DNA from: Squalus acanthias
Taxonomy: Eukaryota
DNA: 64,000 bases
Direction: 5' to 3'
Assembly (NCBI GenBank): GCA_030390025.1
Contig: CM059432.1
Span: 138,820,001-138,884,000, forward strand
Numbering within the stretch: position 1 is the stretch's first letter; each line of letters begins with the position of its first letter. Position numbers and translations under genes: made by a program. The notes beneath the pieces are model-generated. The model ran no database searches, was not told the origin of the DNA, and saw only the letters and a list, made by a program, of their open reading frames with translations. Of this stretch, positions 61,962-64,000 are shown in pieces.

Positions 61962-63220
61962 AAGTCCTGTTCATCCATCACCCCTGTGCTCGCTAACCTG
62001 CATTGGCTGCCAGTCCGGCAATGCCTCGATTTTAAAATTCTCATCCTTCTTTTCAAAACCCTCCATGGCCCTCCCTCCCTATCTCTGTAATCTCTTCCAG
62101 TCCTGTAACCCTCCGAGATCTCTGCGCGCCTCCAATTCTGGTCTCTTGTGGATCCCTGATTTTCATCGCTCCACCATGGCCGCCATGCCATCAGCTGCCT
62201 GGGCCATAAGCTCTGGAATTCCCTCCCTCCCTAAACCTCTCTGCCCTCTTTTAGAAGCATAGAAGATAGGAGCAGGAGTAGGCCATTCGGCCCCTCGAGC
62301 CTGCTCCGCCATTTAATGAGATCATGGCTGATCATCCAAGTTCAGTACCCTGTCCCTGCTTTCTCCCCATATCCCTTGATCCCTTTAGCCTTAAGAAATA
62401 TATCTAACTCCTTCTTGAATATATTTAATGAATTGGCCTCAACTGCCTTCTGTGGTAGAGAATTCCACAGGTTCACCACTCTCTGGGTGAAGAAATTCCT
62501 CCTCATCTCAGTCCTAAATGGCTTACCCCTTATCCTTAGACTGTGACCTCTGGTTCTGGACTCCCCCGCCATCGGAAACATCCTTCCTGCATCTAGTCTG
62601 TCTAGTCCTGTTAGAATTTTATAAGTTTCAATGAGATCCCCTCTCATTCTTCGAAACTCTAGTGAATATAAGCCTAATCGACCCAATCTCTCTTCATACG
62701 TCATTCCTGCCATCCCAGGTATCAGTCTGGTGAATCTTCGCTGCACTCCCTCCATGGCAAGAACATCCTTCCTCAGATAAGGCGACCAAAACTGCACACA
62801 ATACTCAAGGTGTGGTCTCACCAAGGCCTTGTAGAACTGCAGCAAGACATCCTTGCTCCTGTACTCGAATCCTCTCGCTATGAAGGCCAACATACCATTT
62901 GCCTTCTTAACCGCCTGCTGCACCTGCATGCTTACCTTCAGCAACTGGTGCACAAGGACTCCCAGATCTCATTGCACTTCCCCTTTTCCCAATCTATTGC
63001 CATTCAGATAATAATCTGTCTTCCTGTTTTTGCCACCAAAGTGGATAACGCTCCAAAGTAAGATGCTCCTTAAAACCTACCTCTTTGACTAAGCTTTTGG
63101 TCACCTGTCCTAATATCTCCTTATGTGGCTCGGTGTCAATTTTGTCTTCCAAAGCTCCTGTGAAGTGCCTTGGGACATTTTACTATGTTAAAGGCACTGT
63201 ATAAATGCAAGTTGTTGATG
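61962..63220 (+). mobile_element. L2 3' fragment split by a young CR1
   Basis: L2 sequence stops at about 62250 and resumes at about 63060 (aagatgctccttaaaacctacc). Confidence 0.8.
62253..63049 (-). mobile_element. Young 5'-truncated CR1 LINE
   Basis: ORF 62342..62953 is near-identical to 30304..31074. Confidence 0.95.
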
Positions 63221-64000
63221 TGGTTTCTTGTCCAGTTCATTCATTTAGTTTCTCCTGTAAACCCTGCAGAAATGTCCACACTTTCTATATCAAAAATACC
63301 CAGAGTTGTTATTACCTAGCTCTGTTTTAACATATTTTGACAGCCATTTTTCCAGTAGCCAACTGCAGATTATAACCCAATAAACGTGCCGTCATTATGT
63401 CACAATTGTTAATCGTGCAATTATAGACAGTATCATGCATCATGGAGTGACTGGCCCATCAATGTCGAATACAAAACCCGTCACAGACAAAAGAGTGAAA
63501 ACAAATTCTCCATCAGCTCCCCAGTATAAATGATCAAAAATAACAAGTACATGGAAGCGGTTATCAGGAAAAGTCTCATTTCAGGCTTCAGATGACTATT
63601 ACAAACCATTCAGTTATAGTTTATGGCATCATTTGAACACTATGATTAACATTACTGCCTTATAATAATTCCTGGGTGTCTATTATTTGCTATTTATATC
63701 AATTTACTGATTAAAAGAAATATCAAGAGAAAATATATTTTTTGGATTGGTTGGTTATTGAGCCCTGTATGGAGTGATTCCACTAACACAAACAATAAAG
63801 AGTGGACAACTGCAAGGGGATCTCCTTAGCTGCAACAGCCCAGCATCGCTGCTCCTCTGTTTGCCGAATCAACTGATAGTCAAGGCTCCACAGAGTTTAG
63901 CAAATAATTCTGTTAAATTAAACTAAGTATAATGAGTAATTTAGGGTTACTTGTTCCTCTTTAAATGGAAAGCTAATACACGCTTTAAAAATAGATTTGC

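Noticed and set aside
57630..64000. Next upstream ZNF407 exon
   Set aside because: I found no further zinc-finger-coding segment with splice sites. It probably lies beyond the window.

Overview
Eukaryotic, repeat-rich DNA, almost certainly from a shark or other elasmobranch (V-SINE HE1-like and DeuSINE/SacSINE1-like elements, CR1-dominated LINEs). The whole window lies inside one minus-strand gene. Three consecutive, phase-compatible C2H2 zinc-finger exons (57546-57629, 55248-55368, 6647-6825) match my recollection of vertebrate ZNF407 and are separated by introns of 2,177 and 48,422 bp. The introns hold CR1, L2, RTE, a second CR1-group LINE, Penelope-like elements with minimal hammerhead-ribozyme motifs, three SINE families whose tails match local LINEs, Harbinger-like elements that keep a Myb/SANT-like ORF, hAT-like MITEs and a probable solo LTR. 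No long ORF is an intact transposon or host gene. I found no clearly novel biological system. The most unusual signals are two local inverted, templated duplications (48667-49789 and 43550-44107), a three-layer nested insertion (58233-61510), the hammerhead motifs and the Myb-retaining Harbinger derivatives. Family names come from recalled motifs, not database searches, and most repeat boundaries are approximate.
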